From NCBI GenBank assembly GCA_028286725.1, contig JAQBQZ010000014.1, forward strand, positions 5,051 to 69,050: a DNA stretch of 64,000 nt, written 5' to 3'. This DNA comes from Candidatus Tayloriibacteriota bacterium. Its GTDB lineage: Bacteria; Patescibacteriota; Minisyncoccia; Phycocordibacterales; CAIRYW01. This document shows positions 9,646 through 18,937 of the stretch, one piece after another. The translations under genes and the position numbers were made by a program. The notes under the pieces were generated by a model, which was not told the DNA's origin, made no database searches, and saw nothing but the letters and a program-made list of their open reading frames with translations. Position 1 is the stretch's first letter; each line of letters starts with the position of its first letter.

Positions 9646-9836
9646 AATCTAATTCAAAATTAATGAACTATACAAAACCCAAAATTTTGAAGGAAAAAAC
9701 AAAGGATGAGGAAGGAGGCCTAGCGGTGCTAAGCAGACTGACGAAACTTGGTTTTTTACCAAAATTTTGGGTTTTGGATGTTAAAGTTTTATTTTCTTGT
9801 ATTTATTATAAACGGTTAATTTTGAATTAGATTCTG
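9643..9836. mobile_element. MITE-like palindromic element, copy 1, with perfect 20-bp terminal inverted repeats
   Basis: TIR agaatctaattcaaaattaa (9644-9663) pairs with ttaattttgaattagattct (9816-9835). Nested 17-bp IR caaaacccaaaattttg/caaaattttgggttttg. Purine-rich core aaggatgaggaaggaggc. Left TIR overlaps the cmk stop codon. Confidence 0.5.
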
Positions 9837-9837
9837 T

Positions 9838-10248
9838 ATGAACTTTAAAAAATTCGCATACATATTTGGTGGATTTTATATTTTGTTAGCACTCGCTTCT
9901 GTCTACCCAAATGACATCATAGGACACAACGCATTTTTGTCGACTGACTTTCTGCATAATTTTATTCATCTACTTATTGGGTTTGTGCTTGTTGGCATTG
10001 CACTATGGGACAATGATGAACATTTCTCACTTCCTCGAGTGATTCGAACTATTGGAGGAGTGCTTATTGTACTTGCCGTATTCGGTGCATGGTTTACGGG
10101 GTTAGATATCGGCAAGATCATGGGACTCATCACGGTAAATGGGACAGCAAATATTTTGCATCTTATTACTGGAGTCTTGTGTATTGTGGTTGGAACTTCA
10201 CCGCTTCGAAATTATCGCAAAGGAGATGGTGTAATGCATTCACATTAA
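9838..10248 (+). CDS. Hypothetical integral membrane protein
   Basis: 136 aa with four hydrophobic helices. Confidence 0.4.
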   Translation: MNFKKFAYIFGGFYILLALASVYPNDIIGHNAFLSTDFLHNFIHLLIGFVLVGIALWDNDEHFSLPRVIRTIGGVLIVLAVFGAWFTGLDIGKIMGLITVNGTANILHLITGVLCIVVGTSPLRNYRKGDGVMHSH

Positions 10249-10267
10249 TTTTTTTTAAATTCAAAAA

Positions 10268-10834
10268 ATGAATAGACCAGTTCTTTATTTAATTATATCA
10301 ATCCTTATTTCATTTGGAGCATTTTATTATGTCTCCGGAGAAATAAAAGCATTTTCAAAAGAGATTGATGCTGTTGCTTCAAAACAAGAATACTACAATC
10401 CAAAGATAGTCAAAAATAAAGTAGTAATTTCAAATCCTCAACCAAATCTGGTCATTACAAACCCTCTCACTATCAAAGGTAATATTTTAGGTACTTGGTT
10501 TTTTGAAGGGGAGATCGTCTCAAAAATAATTGATACAAATGGGGTGGTGCTCGGGCAGGGGCCGCTTGTTGCAACTCAAGATTGGATGACGGTCAAAAAT
10601 GTCTCGTTCAGCGGGGTGATACCTTTTGTGGTATCGAGCGAGAAGGCCGGATTTCTTGTAATTGAGGCCCAAAATCAAGATAAAGCAGAGGATTCTTCTG
10701 CATTTAAGATCCCTATCCGATTTGGAGATATATCCGTAACGGCTTGTGTGGGAGACTCTTGTGGTGAATGTGCGCAGAAGACCATTGGCACCGATGGGGT
10801 CTGTATACATCAAGCCAATAATAAGACACTTTAA
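10268..10834 (+). CDS. Secreted protein with an Ig-like (Gmad2-type) domain
   Basis: N-terminal signal/TM, then NPQPNLVITNPLTIKGNILGTWFFEGEIVSKIIDTNGVVLGQGPLVATQDWMT…, resembling the Gmad2 Ig-like fold. Confidence 0.4.
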   Translation: MNRPVLYLIISILISFGAFYYVSGEIKAFSKEIDAVASKQEYYNPKIVKNKVVISNPQPNLVITNPLTIKGNILGTWFFEGEIVSKIIDTNGVVLGQGPLVATQDWMTVKNVSFSGVIPFVVSSEKAGFLVIEAQNQDKAEDSSAFKIPIRFGDISVTACVGDSCGECAQKTIGTDGVCIHQANNKTL

Positions 10835-10865
10835 GACTTCGGGGCAACTATGCTATAATTTATAT

Positions 10866-11141
10866 ATGGAAAATATTGCAAAGTCAGATATGTTTTTCTT
10901 TGTTACTACGATCGCAGTTATTATTGTGACGTTGGTACTTGTTGTCGCTCTCGCGTATGTTATTCGTATCGCATCAGATATCAAATACATTGCAAAGCGT
11001 GCCAAACAAGAAACAGATGAAATCGCAGATGACCTTAAGAATGCTCGAGAGACTTTGAAGTCTAAAGGCAAAACAATTGCAACTATCATTTCATCACTCT
11101 GGATGCTTCGAAGTAAAAGAAGATCAAAGAGTAAGGAATAG
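10866..11141 (+). CDS. Small single-TM protein
   Basis: Internal ATG of track ORF 10746..11141 gives MENIAKSDMFFFVTTIAVIIVTLVLVVALAYVI… without overlapping the previous gene. Confidence 0.4.
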   Translation: MENIAKSDMFFFVTTIAVIIVTLVLVVALAYVIRIASDIKYIAKRAKQETDEIADDLKNARETLKSKGKTIATIISSLWMLRSKRRSKSKE

Positions 11142-11162
11142 TTTAATAATAATTAATTTTTT

Positions 11163-11519
11163 ATGGCAAAATCAGAAAAAAGTGGAATGGGTGCAGGACT
11201 CGCGGTAGTGGCAACACTCGCGGCAGCAGCGGGAGCGTATTTTATTTATGGAACAAAGGAAGGTGCAAAGACAAAGAAGAAGATCAAGAGTTGGACACTC
11301 AAAGCTAAGGCAGAAGTACTAGAGAAGATTGAGAAGGCAAAAGATATTACAGAAGAATCTTACAACGATACTGTAGCTACTGTAATGCAGAAATATGAAA
11401 AGATGCGAGCAGAGCACGGAGACGAGATCGATGCTGTGACAAAGGAACTCAAAGGATACTGGAGTCACCTCAAGAAGCATTTGAACCCTGCAAAGAAAGT
11501 TGCACCAAAAAAGAAATAA
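11163..11519 (+). CDS. YtxH-like (DUF948) protein
   Basis: Gly/Ala-rich hydrophobic N-terminus (GMGAGLAVVATLAAAAGAYFIYGTKEGAKTKKKI), then a charged helical region. Confidence 0.4.
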   Translation: MAKSEKSGMGAGLAVVATLAAAAGAYFIYGTKEGAKTKKKIKSWTLKAKAEVLEKIEKAKDITEESYNDTVATVMQKYEKMRAEHGDEIDAVTKELKGYWSHLKKHLNPAKKVAPKKK

Positions 11520-11534
11520 ATCTGAAAAAATAAT

Positions 11535-11568
11535 AAAAAGCACCGCGGCGTAGCCGCGGTGCTTTTTA
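11535..11568. terminator. GC-rich palindromic terminator between convergent genes
   Basis: aaaaaGCACCGCGGCgtaGCCGCGGTGCttttt. Confidence 0.6.
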
Positions 11569-11576
11569 TCTTTGGA

Positions 11577-12752
11577 CTACTTTGTATTTTCAATTCTCAT
11601 TGCAGGAAGCATTGCTCCAAGAAGAACTACAGCGAGTATGGGGAAAATATATGCAAACGGTACGTAGAGAAGCATAACGCTTCCTACAAGCGGTCCTGCG
11701 ATATATGCGAGCGGCTGTGTCATACGAAAGACTTCGATGAGCTCGTCTTTACCTTCACTCTTTTTGAAAAAATAACTTTCAACCATTGTCTCCATTATTG
11801 AAGCACCGATTCTTCCCAAAAGTATGACGAGGGTCCAGAGCATAAATGCGCCTTTTGGCAAAGCCGGAAATAGAAGGCTCGCAATGATCATAAATATCAT
11901 TCCACCCAGAAGCATTTCTTTTTCTCCGAGTACATTGTCTGCAAGCTCGCCTGCAGGAATCTCAAGAATGACAAATGGAAGGAGAGTAATACTTATGATA
12001 ATACCGATATCTTCCCAGCTGAATCCCATTTTGGTTGAAAGATAAATCGGAATATAGATAACAAGCCAAGAAAAGAAAAACTGAAGTGCGAAGTTTATGA
12101 TCCCGATCCTTCGAATATTTGGTATCGACAAGAATTCTTTTATTGAATCAAATCCTTTGATGGTTGTGAGTTTTGCTTTGGTGAATTGATCCCGGTTTAT
12201 AATGATAACAAGTAAAAATATACACAAGAAAAACAGTGAGAAGAGATAGACTTGCTTGAATCCGTTTTCTGCAACCATGCCGCCTATAGCAAGAGGAGAG
12301 AGTACTGATGCGGTAGCAAGTACTGTGAGAAATATTCCGCGGGTCTTGCCCATGGTGAAAGCTTCGGCAGTGTCCTCGATTGCAGTATCAAGGCAGACGA
12401 TCATGAGTACTGGTAGTGAAAGGTATACAAGGAACGCGGGGATTATAAAATTAACATTGTCGGTGATTACGATTACACTGAGTGATGCAATATCTACAAG
12501 AGAGAGGGTGATAAAAGTCTTCAAGATTCCGATTCGTTCGATTATTCGAGAGAGTTTGTAAAGTATTAGAATAGTAAGTGCTGATGCGACTGCGTAAAGT
12601 ATTCCGATCATTGAGCGGGGCATGATCATCTCAAGGTATGAAGAGTTGATGTAGAGAATAAAATAATAATGAAAGGCGTAAAATATTGATGCAGAAAATA
12701 TATGAAGACAAGAATGGCTCGCATTCTTTGATTTGGTGAGAAGTTTTAACAT
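11577..12752 (-). CDS. MFS-type transporter
   Basis: 391 aa with about 12 hydrophobic helices and a central loop. Confidence 0.6.
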   Translation of the reverse strand: MLKLLTKSKNASHSCLHIFSASIFYAFHYYFILYINSSYLEMIMPRSMIGILYAVASALTILILYKLSRIIERIGILKTFITLSLVDIASLSVIVITDNVNFIIPAFLVYLSLPVLMIVCLDTAIEDTAEAFTMGKTRGIFLTVLATASVLSPLAIGGMVAENGFKQVYLFSLFFLCIFLLVIIINRDQFTKAKLTTIKGFDSIKEFLSIPNIRRIGIINFALQFFFSWLVIYIPIYLSTKMGFSWEDIGIIISITLLPFVILEIPAGELADNVLGEKEMLLGGMIFMIIASLLFPALPKGAFMLWTLVILLGRIGASIMETMVESYFFKKSEGKDELIEVFRMTQPLAYIAGPLVGSVMLLYVPFAYIFPILAVVLLGAMLPAMRIENTK

Positions 12753-13010
12753 TTATCCTAGAAAATTTTATCTATTAAAAAAGTTGATTGTGCTTACAGT
12801 ATATCCCATAACCTATCTAGTAGAAAGAATAATTTATTGAGTTATTTTACTACCAATCAACTTTTTCTTGTTATGCAATATTGATTGCTTTGGTTTTTTA
12901 TATAAATAGCGTTTAAATATTAATTTGGCACATATTATGTAATATGGGCTTTTTGCATAACGATAGATAAAACTTTAGAGGATGAATTATAATCTATAAA
13001 AACAAAAAAT

Positions 13011-13049
13011 AAAAATGCACCGCGCCCGAAGGGCGCGGTGCATTTTTGA
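13011..13049. terminator. GC-rich palindromic terminator downstream of RNase J
   Basis: aaaaATGCACCGCGCCCgaaGGGCGCGGTGCATtttt. Confidence 0.6.
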
Positions 13050-13063
13050 TTCCTGATCTATCT

Positions 13064-14992
13064 TTAAACTCCAAGTATCACCGGGATCACGATTGGTCTC
13101 TTTGCAGTTTTCTGGAAGAGGAATCGAGCGATGTTGTCGGTCACTACATCTTTGATGAAATCAAAGTTGATAGGATTCATTCCGACAGCATTGTCTTCAA
13201 TTGTTTTCTTGATGATGATTCTTGCTTGTCTTAGAAGCTCCTGGTTTTCACGAAGATATACGAATCCTCGAGAAATAATATCAGGAGATTTTCGAAGCTT
13301 TCCATTCACCGTATTTACGCTTGCGATGATGACGAACATTCCGTCTTGTGAAAGCATCTGTCGATCTCGAAGCACCACTTCCTGCATATCTCCGATTGCA
13401 AATCCATCTACCATGACAGCACTTGATGGTACTTTTTCTTTTAGCTTAACGATCTTCTCACCGTTGTCTGTGATATCAACGATACTTCCATTGTCAGCAA
13501 TCACAACTTCGTCTTCTTTCATTCCAAGTCCGTATGCAAGCTCTGCGTGAAGTCGGAGCATGTAGTGGCTTCCGTGAATAGGGATGAAGAACTTAGGCTT
13601 CAGCTTTTTGTGGAGCCATTCGATCTCACCTCTGTTTCCGTGTCCTGTAGAGTGAATAAATACTTCTGATGTTCGGTAGTGAACGATCTTCGCGCCTGTT
13701 CTTGCAATATTATCCTTCATTGCCTGCACAGATTTTTCGTTACCAGGAATGATAGATGAAGAGAGGACCACTGTGTCATTCTTTGTGAGAGTGATCACTT
13801 TGTGACTCTTGTTCGCAAGTCGTGAGAGTGCTGCGAATTCATCTCCCTGTGCACCAGTTGCCAAGATCACGATTCGATCTGGAGCATAGTTTTGAATCTC
13901 TGAAGACTGAATGATCGTATCTTTCTTGAGCTCGATGATCTTCGCTTCTTTACAGATATCCACGTTGTTCTTCATACTTCGTCCTTCTATCACCACTTTC
14001 TTGTTGTTCTTTTCACACGCTTCGATGATCTTTGCGATACGAGTCACATGAGAAGAGAACATACTGATGATTAGTCGTCCTTTTGTTTCTTTGATGATAT
14101 TTGCGAGGTTTTCATGCACCAATACTTCTGGAGTTGAGAATCCTGGGTTTTCAATGTTTGTTGAGTCAGTGAGGAGGAGGAGAGTTTTTTCTTTTGCGAG
14201 ATCTCCGTATACTTTTTCTTCACCATCACTTGGTACTCCGTCCATGTGCTCGAGTTTGTAGTCTCCAGGGTTAATGATGTTTCCCCAAGGTGTTCGAATG
14301 CATACACCGAGACAGTCGGGAATAGAGTGAGTCACTCCAAAGAATTTGATCTTCATTTCTCCAAGTGTCACAGTCTCATCTGTGTCCACGATCTTGAAAT
14401 CAATCATTGGGAGATGAGGGAATTCACTCTGTCTTTTCTTGATCATGAGACCTGTGAGGTTTCGAGTATAAAGAGGTGGGTTACCGATTCGATCCATGAT
14501 GTAAGGAATTCCTCCGACGTGGTCCAAGTGTCCGTGAGTGATGATCACTGCTCGAATTCGAGATTTGTTCTCTTCGAGATATTTTGTGTTAGGAAGAATA
14601 TAGTCGATTCCAGGAGTGTCCTGATCTTTGAATTTGAATCCCATATCGATGACAATGATATCGTTTTTGTATTCGATCACTGTCATGTTCATACCCACCT
14701 CTTCAACACCTCCAAGTGGAATGATTCGAACATTTTCACCAATTGGTGGAATGTTCAAAGGTCGCTCAGCTCGCTGTGGTGAACTGTTGTCTCGTTCTCG
14801 TGCTCTTTCTGGAGAGAAAGGCATAGAGTGTCTCTGTGGTCGTCGATTGTCTCGTCCGCCACCTATGTGTGGAGCGTGATGAGGTCGAGGTGCTCCTCCT
14901 GCGGGCGCACTTTGAGGTGCCCTGTGCACCGGTCGAGCTTCTGGAGCTCGAAGTATTGGTCGTCTGTCGTTACTGTTGTTTTGTCTATCCAT
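13064..14992 (-). CDS. rnj: Ribonuclease J (beta-CASP metallo-beta-lactamase RNase) with an Arg/Pro-rich N-terminal extension
   Basis: AVIITHGHLDHVGGIPYIM motif, beta-CASP region, KFFIPIHGSHYMLRLH. The first ~90 aa are low-complexity and R/P/G-rich. Confidence 0.85.
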   Translation of the reverse strand: MDRQNNSNDRRPILRAPEARPVHRAPQSAPAGGAPRPHHAPHIGGGRDNRRPQRHSMPFSPERARERDNSSPQRAERPLNIPPIGENVRIIPLGGVEEVGMNMTVIEYKNDIIVIDMGFKFKDQDTPGIDYILPNTKYLEENKSRIRAVIITHGHLDHVGGIPYIMDRIGNPPLYTRNLTGLMIKKRQSEFPHLPMIDFKIVDTDETVTLGEMKIKFFGVTHSIPDCLGVCIRTPWGNIINPGDYKLEHMDGVPSDGEEKVYGDLAKEKTLLLLTDSTNIENPGFSTPEVLVHENLANIIKETKGRLIISMFSSHVTRIAKIIEACEKNNKKVVIEGRSMKNNVDICKEAKIIELKKDTIIQSSEIQNYAPDRIVILATGAQGDEFAALSRLANKSHKVITLTKNDTVVLSSSIIPGNEKSVQAMKDNIARTGAKIVHYRTSEVFIHSTGHGNRGEIEWLHKKLKPKFFIPIHGSHYMLRLHAELAYGLGMKEDEVVIADNGSIVDITDNGEKIVKLKEKVPSSAVMVDGFAIGDMQEVVLRDRQMLSQDGMFVIIASVNTVNGKLRKSPDIISRGFVYLRENQELLRQARIIIKKTIEDNAVGMNPINFDFIKDVVTDNIARFLFQKTAKRPIVIPVILGV

Positions 14993-15212
14993 AATAATTG
15001 TTTATATTTTTTGAATCTGTTTTTTAAGATTCAAATGTTTTTAATAATTCTAATAATTTTTTCAAACCAAGTTCTTTTTCAAGGCTCATTTGAGGTGCAA
15101 GTTGTCTATGTAATATATGACGAAGAAGTTGTCTTATATTTACGAAACTTGTACCAAAATAAAAGCCTTGAAAGATTTTGATGTTTTTGTACGACTGATT
15201 GTAAAAGAAATC

Positions 15213-16985
15213 TTAATTAAACCAAGGTATATTCCACACCTTCTCTGTCTCTTTGTACCATTTGTTGATCGTAGCAAATCTCTCTGAAGATCCGGCAATA
15301 TTTTGCAACGATATTCCTTTGAGATCACTTGGCACAACATATACAAGGTCAGGAGAATAAAGGAATACTGCGGGATTATCTTTGTATATTTCTTTTTCAA
15401 AATTCTGATAGAGAGTTATTCTCTTATCCGTATCGCTTGTTGTTCTGATGTCTTGAAGTATCTTATCTGCTTTGCTATTTGTGTAGTTTGCAATATTGAG
15501 TCCTGGGTGATTTCTTTCGCTTGAATGCCAGAACGCATAAAGGTCAGCATTTCGCCCGATCGATTCACCAAAGAGAAGTGCGTCGTATCTTCGAGGCACG
15601 ATCACTTTCTGTTGAAGATCACCACTATCAAATACTTTGACTTCAACTGATGCACCGATCTTTTCCCAAGAAGTTTTCAAAAGATTGGCAATAGCTTTGA
15701 GCTCTGGAACATTCGATGTCGAGATCGAAAATGTGAGCGAGAGATTATCTGTCTTATTTTTCTTTCCTAATATTCCGTTTGCATCTTTGATCCATCCAGC
15801 TTTTGCAAGGAGAGCTTGCGCTTGTTCTACACCATCATTGTCAGTAATAGTTCGAGGTTCCAATATTGAAATGTTTTTTGGTATCGGTCCTTCGATAGGG
15901 GTACCGAAGCCAAGGAGAACATCTTTGATGATTTTGTCTTCTGGTGTTGCAAGTCCTAATGCTTTCCGCACGTCACTGTCGGCGAATACTTTAGCTTCAT
16001 TTTGATTGAAGAATACGCCATAGATTCGAGGAAGGGGAGACTTTAAGATCTCCGATCGTCCTGTATCTACGGATTTGATATTGTCAGGCGAGATCGAATT
16101 CATGCTATCGATAGTTCCGTTTTGATACGCTTCGATAAGCTTGTCTTCGCTTGTATAAAAGTAGATATACACATCTTGAATGTACGCTTCTCCTCCTGCA
16201 TATTTTTCAAATGGGGCAAGATGATAATACTCCGGAAGTCCAGATGCATTTCTCTTGATATCTTTGATCTTGTAAGGACCAGAACCTACGGGCTCAAAAT
16301 TGAACTGACTAAAGAGGAATGCATCAGAATCAATATCTTTCCAGATATGCATTGGAAGGATTCCGAGTGTGAGATTTTCGATGAACGGCGCGTAAGGTTT
16401 CTTTAGTGTAAATTCAATCGTCTTCTCGTCGATCACATGGACCACGACACCTTCCCAGTTGGCAGCCTTTGGACTTTTAATGATAGGGTCTGTTGCCTTT
16501 TTGATCGTGAATTCAACATCGTATGCAGTGACAGGAACATCATCTTGGAAAAATATATTATCTTTAAGTGTCACTGTATATGTGAGTCCGTCATCTGATA
16601 CTTTGTAATCCTTTGCAAGATCGGTCACAAGTCCATTCTCGCCATCAAGTTTCATAAGTCCTCCGAATACGAGGGTAGTGAGATCACGTCCAGAATCAGT
16701 TACAGGAAGAAGAGGGTTTACATATCGAGGATATCCGACGACACCTTCATTTAGTGTCCCGCCGAGTACCGGCACCTCAACACTGAGGCCATCAGAGGCC
16801 TTCTTGAGAAGAAGAAGTGCACTTGCAGCTAGAAGAAATGCAAAAATAAAGAAAATGATCTTTTCAATGAATCCCATTTTTTCAAATACAAAAAGAAGAT
16901 TTCTTCTTTTTTCGAGACTGAAGATAGATTTTATTCTACGAAAGAGAGTTGGTTTTTGCACAATAATATATAGATTAGAGAACAA
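15213..16985 (-). CDS. ABC transporter substrate-binding protein, family 5 (OppA/DppA-like), membrane anchored
   Basis: N-terminal TM anchor, then family-5 SBP-like architecture (…GTLNEGVVGYPRYVNPLL…). Alternative start at the internal Met near 16880. Confidence 0.65.
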   Translation of the reverse strand: MFSNLYIIVQKPTLFRRIKSIFSLEKRRNLLFVFEKMGFIEKIIFFIFAFLLAASALLLLKKASDGLSVEVPVLGGTLNEGVVGYPRYVNPLLPVTDSGRDLTTLVFGGLMKLDGENGLVTDLAKDYKVSDDGLTYTVTLKDNIFFQDDVPVTAYDVEFTIKKATDPIIKSPKAANWEGVVVHVIDEKTIEFTLKKPYAPFIENLTLGILPMHIWKDIDSDAFLFSQFNFEPVGSGPYKIKDIKRNASGLPEYYHLAPFEKYAGGEAYIQDVYIYFYTSEDKLIEAYQNGTIDSMNSISPDNIKSVDTGRSEILKSPLPRIYGVFFNQNEAKVFADSDVRKALGLATPEDKIIKDVLLGFGTPIEGPIPKNISILEPRTITDNDGVEQAQALLAKAGWIKDANGILGKKNKTDNLSLTFSISTSNVPELKAIANLLKTSWEKIGASVEVKVFDSGDLQQKVIVPRRYDALLFGESIGRNADLYAFWHSSERNHPGLNIANYTNSKADKILQDIRTTSDTDKRITLYQNFEKEIYKDNPAVFLYSPDLVYVVPSDLKGISLQNIAGSSERFATINKWYKETEKVWNIPWFN

Positions 16986-17018
16986 TACAAGCCTTTAGTG
17001 GCTTAAAATGCTCGAAGA

Positions 17019-17246
17019 CTATTTGATGAAGAATGCAGCGAATGCAGAAAGGGCAAAGAGTATTGCTACGATGATTGTTAATATAAAGATAAATTTTTCT
17101 GGTCCTCGTCGTGTGTGACCTCCGCCTCCGAGACTGTCTCCACCGAATGCAGCGCCTGCGCTTGCATCAGAATGCTGAAGTAGAATAAGACCAATAAGAA
17201 GCACTGCGAGGATTACTTGAATGTATGGTAGGTAAGTAGCGATCAT
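17019..17246 (-). CDS. secG: Preprotein translocase subunit SecG
   Basis: 75 aa with two TM helices flanking a Gly-rich loop (GAAFGGDSLGGGG), typical of SecG. Confidence 0.7.
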   Translation of the reverse strand: MIATYLPYIQVILAVLLIGLILLQHSDASAGAAFGGDSLGGGGHTRRGPEKFIFILTIIVAILFALSAFAAFFIK

Positions 17247-17570
17247 AATATAGATTATTTTAGTGTAAATTTGTTAATGACTGAGGGGTAACTTCCTTTT
17301 GAAATACACCTTTGTGGCGTTTAATGAGGAGAATTACGATACATAGTATAGTAGCACAGATGGGTAAATGGAGCAAATTTTTAGGGGAGTATATCTATTC
17401 GTTTTTGGTATATTATAAAGCTTTTAGTTGTTAGCTGTCAGCTGTTAGGGAAATGCAAACTAGAGCTTAATACATGGTTTTTTCTGGTCAGAAGCTAAAA
17501 GCTAGTTGCTAACAGCTAACACCTACTTCAGACTTGCAAAACTATATTTTTAAGCTATAATAGCCAAATC

Positions 17571-17834
17571 ATGAAAAAAGAAATCCATCCAGACAATTTT
17601 AGACCAGTTGTATTCGAGGACACTACTACAGGTGCCAAATTCCTCATTTCTTCTGCAGTTGTCACAAAAGAGACTACAAATTTTGAAGGCAAGGAATATC
17701 CACTCTATCACGTGGAAATCTCTAGTGCTTCACACCCTTTCTATACAAATACAGAAACTCTCATCGACTCAGCCGGACGAGTTGAGAAGTTCAAGAACCG
17801 AGCGTTGAAGTCAGGTGCAACAAAAGCTAAATAA
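17571..17834 (+). CDS. rpmE: 50S ribosomal protein L31 (type B, no zinc ribbon)
   Basis: [28 protein letters not shown]…HPFYTN… pattern. 87 aa, no CxxC motif. Confidence 0.8.
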   Translation: MKKEIHPDNFRPVVFEDTTTGAKFLISSAVVTKETTNFEGKEYPLYHVEISSASHPFYTNTETLIDSAGRVEKFKNRALKSGATKAK

Positions 17835-17843
17835 CTACTTATA

Positions 17844-17878
17844 AAAAACAAAGCTTCTTTAAGAAGCTTTGTTTTTTA
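17844..17878. terminator. Palindromic terminator after rpmE
   Basis: aaaaCAAAGCTTCTTtaAGAAGCTTTGtttttt. Confidence 0.55.
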
Positions 17879-17931
17879 TTTTCTCCCATCCTTTATACTA
17901 GATACCAAATACTATATACTAAGCATTAATT

Positions 17932-18915
17932 ATGACCGATATCACCAAATACAAAAGCAACAACAAGACCCGCTTTCTCGCGGAGGATTTTGAGCGACTT
18001 CAAAGAGAAGAGGATGAGATCAAGGAGCTTGCCGAAAGCGATCCAACAATGAAAGAACTCGGAGATGAGGATATTGCTCGGATCGAATCACAAAAAGTGG
18101 AACTCATTCGACAGATGGATGAGATCTTGAAAGTGGACGAAGCGGAGGATGAATATCCAAACGAGATCATTATGGAAGTGCGTGCTGGTGCCGGAGGAGA
18201 TGAGGCTGCGCTTTTTGCTCATGAACTCGCAACTATGTACAAAGGTTATGCGGTAAAGGAAGGCTGGGGTTGGAATACTGTGCATGAAGCAGAGACTGAT
18301 GGTGGCGGATACAAAGAAGCGTCTTTTGAAATAAGAGGGCGGGATGTATACAAGAAAATGCGATTTGAAACAGGTATTCACAGAGTCCAAAGAGTTCCTG
18401 CTACAGAAAAGAACGGACGAGTGCATACATCAACTGCGTCTGTAGCGGTTCTTCCAATTCGAAAACATTCTAAAGTAGAAGTAAAAGAAAGTGATTTGCT
18501 CATTGAGACATCACGATCAGGTGGAGCAGGAGGGCAGAACGTGAACAAAGTTGAAACTGCGGTTCGAATGGTACACAAGCCTACGGGTATCGATGTGCGA
18601 TGTACTTCAGAGAGAAGCCAGCTCAAGAACAAGGAAAAAGCTCTCTCAATTCTTACTGCAAAGATCGAAGAAAAACAAAGAGAAGAAGAATCGGCAAAAT
18701 ATGCCGATGATCGAAAGGGGCAGATCGGAACAGGTAATCGTTCAGAAAAGATCCGTACCTACAATATTCTTCAGGATCGAATCACGGATCACCGTATCAA
18801 AGAATCATGGCACAATCTTCCGAACATAATGCTCGGGAACATTGATGAGATCATCGACACACTCCAAGAAAAATCAAAAACAGGATTTGAATCAAGCGGA
18901 GAGGACGAAGACTAA
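17932..18915 (+). CDS. prfA: Peptide chain release factor 1
   Basis: GGQ motif ([17 protein letters not shown]) and PAT tripeptide ([17 protein letters not shown]), which is RF1-type not RF2 SPF. Confidence 0.8.
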   Translation: MTDITKYKSNNKTRFLAEDFERLQREEDEIKELAESDPTMKELGDEDIARIESQKVELIRQMDEILKVDEAEDEYPNEIIMEVRAGAGGDEAALFAHELATMYKGYAVKEGWGWNTVHEAETDGGGYKEASFEIRGRDVYKKMRFETGIHRVQRVPATEKNGRVHTSTASVAVLPIRKHSKVEVKESDLLIETSRSGGAGGQNVNKVETAVRMVHKPTGIDVRCTSERSQLKNKEKALSILTAKIEEKQREEESAKYADDRKGQIGTGNRSEKIRTYNILQDRITDHRIKESWHNLPNIMLGNIDEIIDTLQEKSKTGFESSGEDED

Positions 18916-18937
18916 AAGCAAGCTTTTAGGAAATAAA

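Noticed and set aside
9700-9840. Small peptide encoded inside the MITE-like element (SD-like aaggagg followed by GTG/ATG frames)
   Set aside because: The reading frames are not conserved between the two intergenic copies, as the gactgacgaaact block falls in different frames.
10746-10865. 5' extension of ORF 10746..11141 and ORF 10089..10271
   Set aside because: Both overlap upstream genes in other frames. The internal ATG at 10866 gives a cleaner TM protein.
13131-15181. Plus-strand ORFs inside or opposite RNase J (13131..13550, 14246..14782, 14628..14879, 14828..15181)
   Set aside because: Antisense to a conserved gene, with Ser/Cys/Arg-rich low-complexity translations produced by GC-rich codons on the opposite strand.
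18842-18937. 5' extension of the PEP-utilising-domain ORF overlapping the prfA 3' end
   Set aside because: It overlaps prfA by 74 nt in another frame. ATG 18938 with an upstream aggaaa is a better start.
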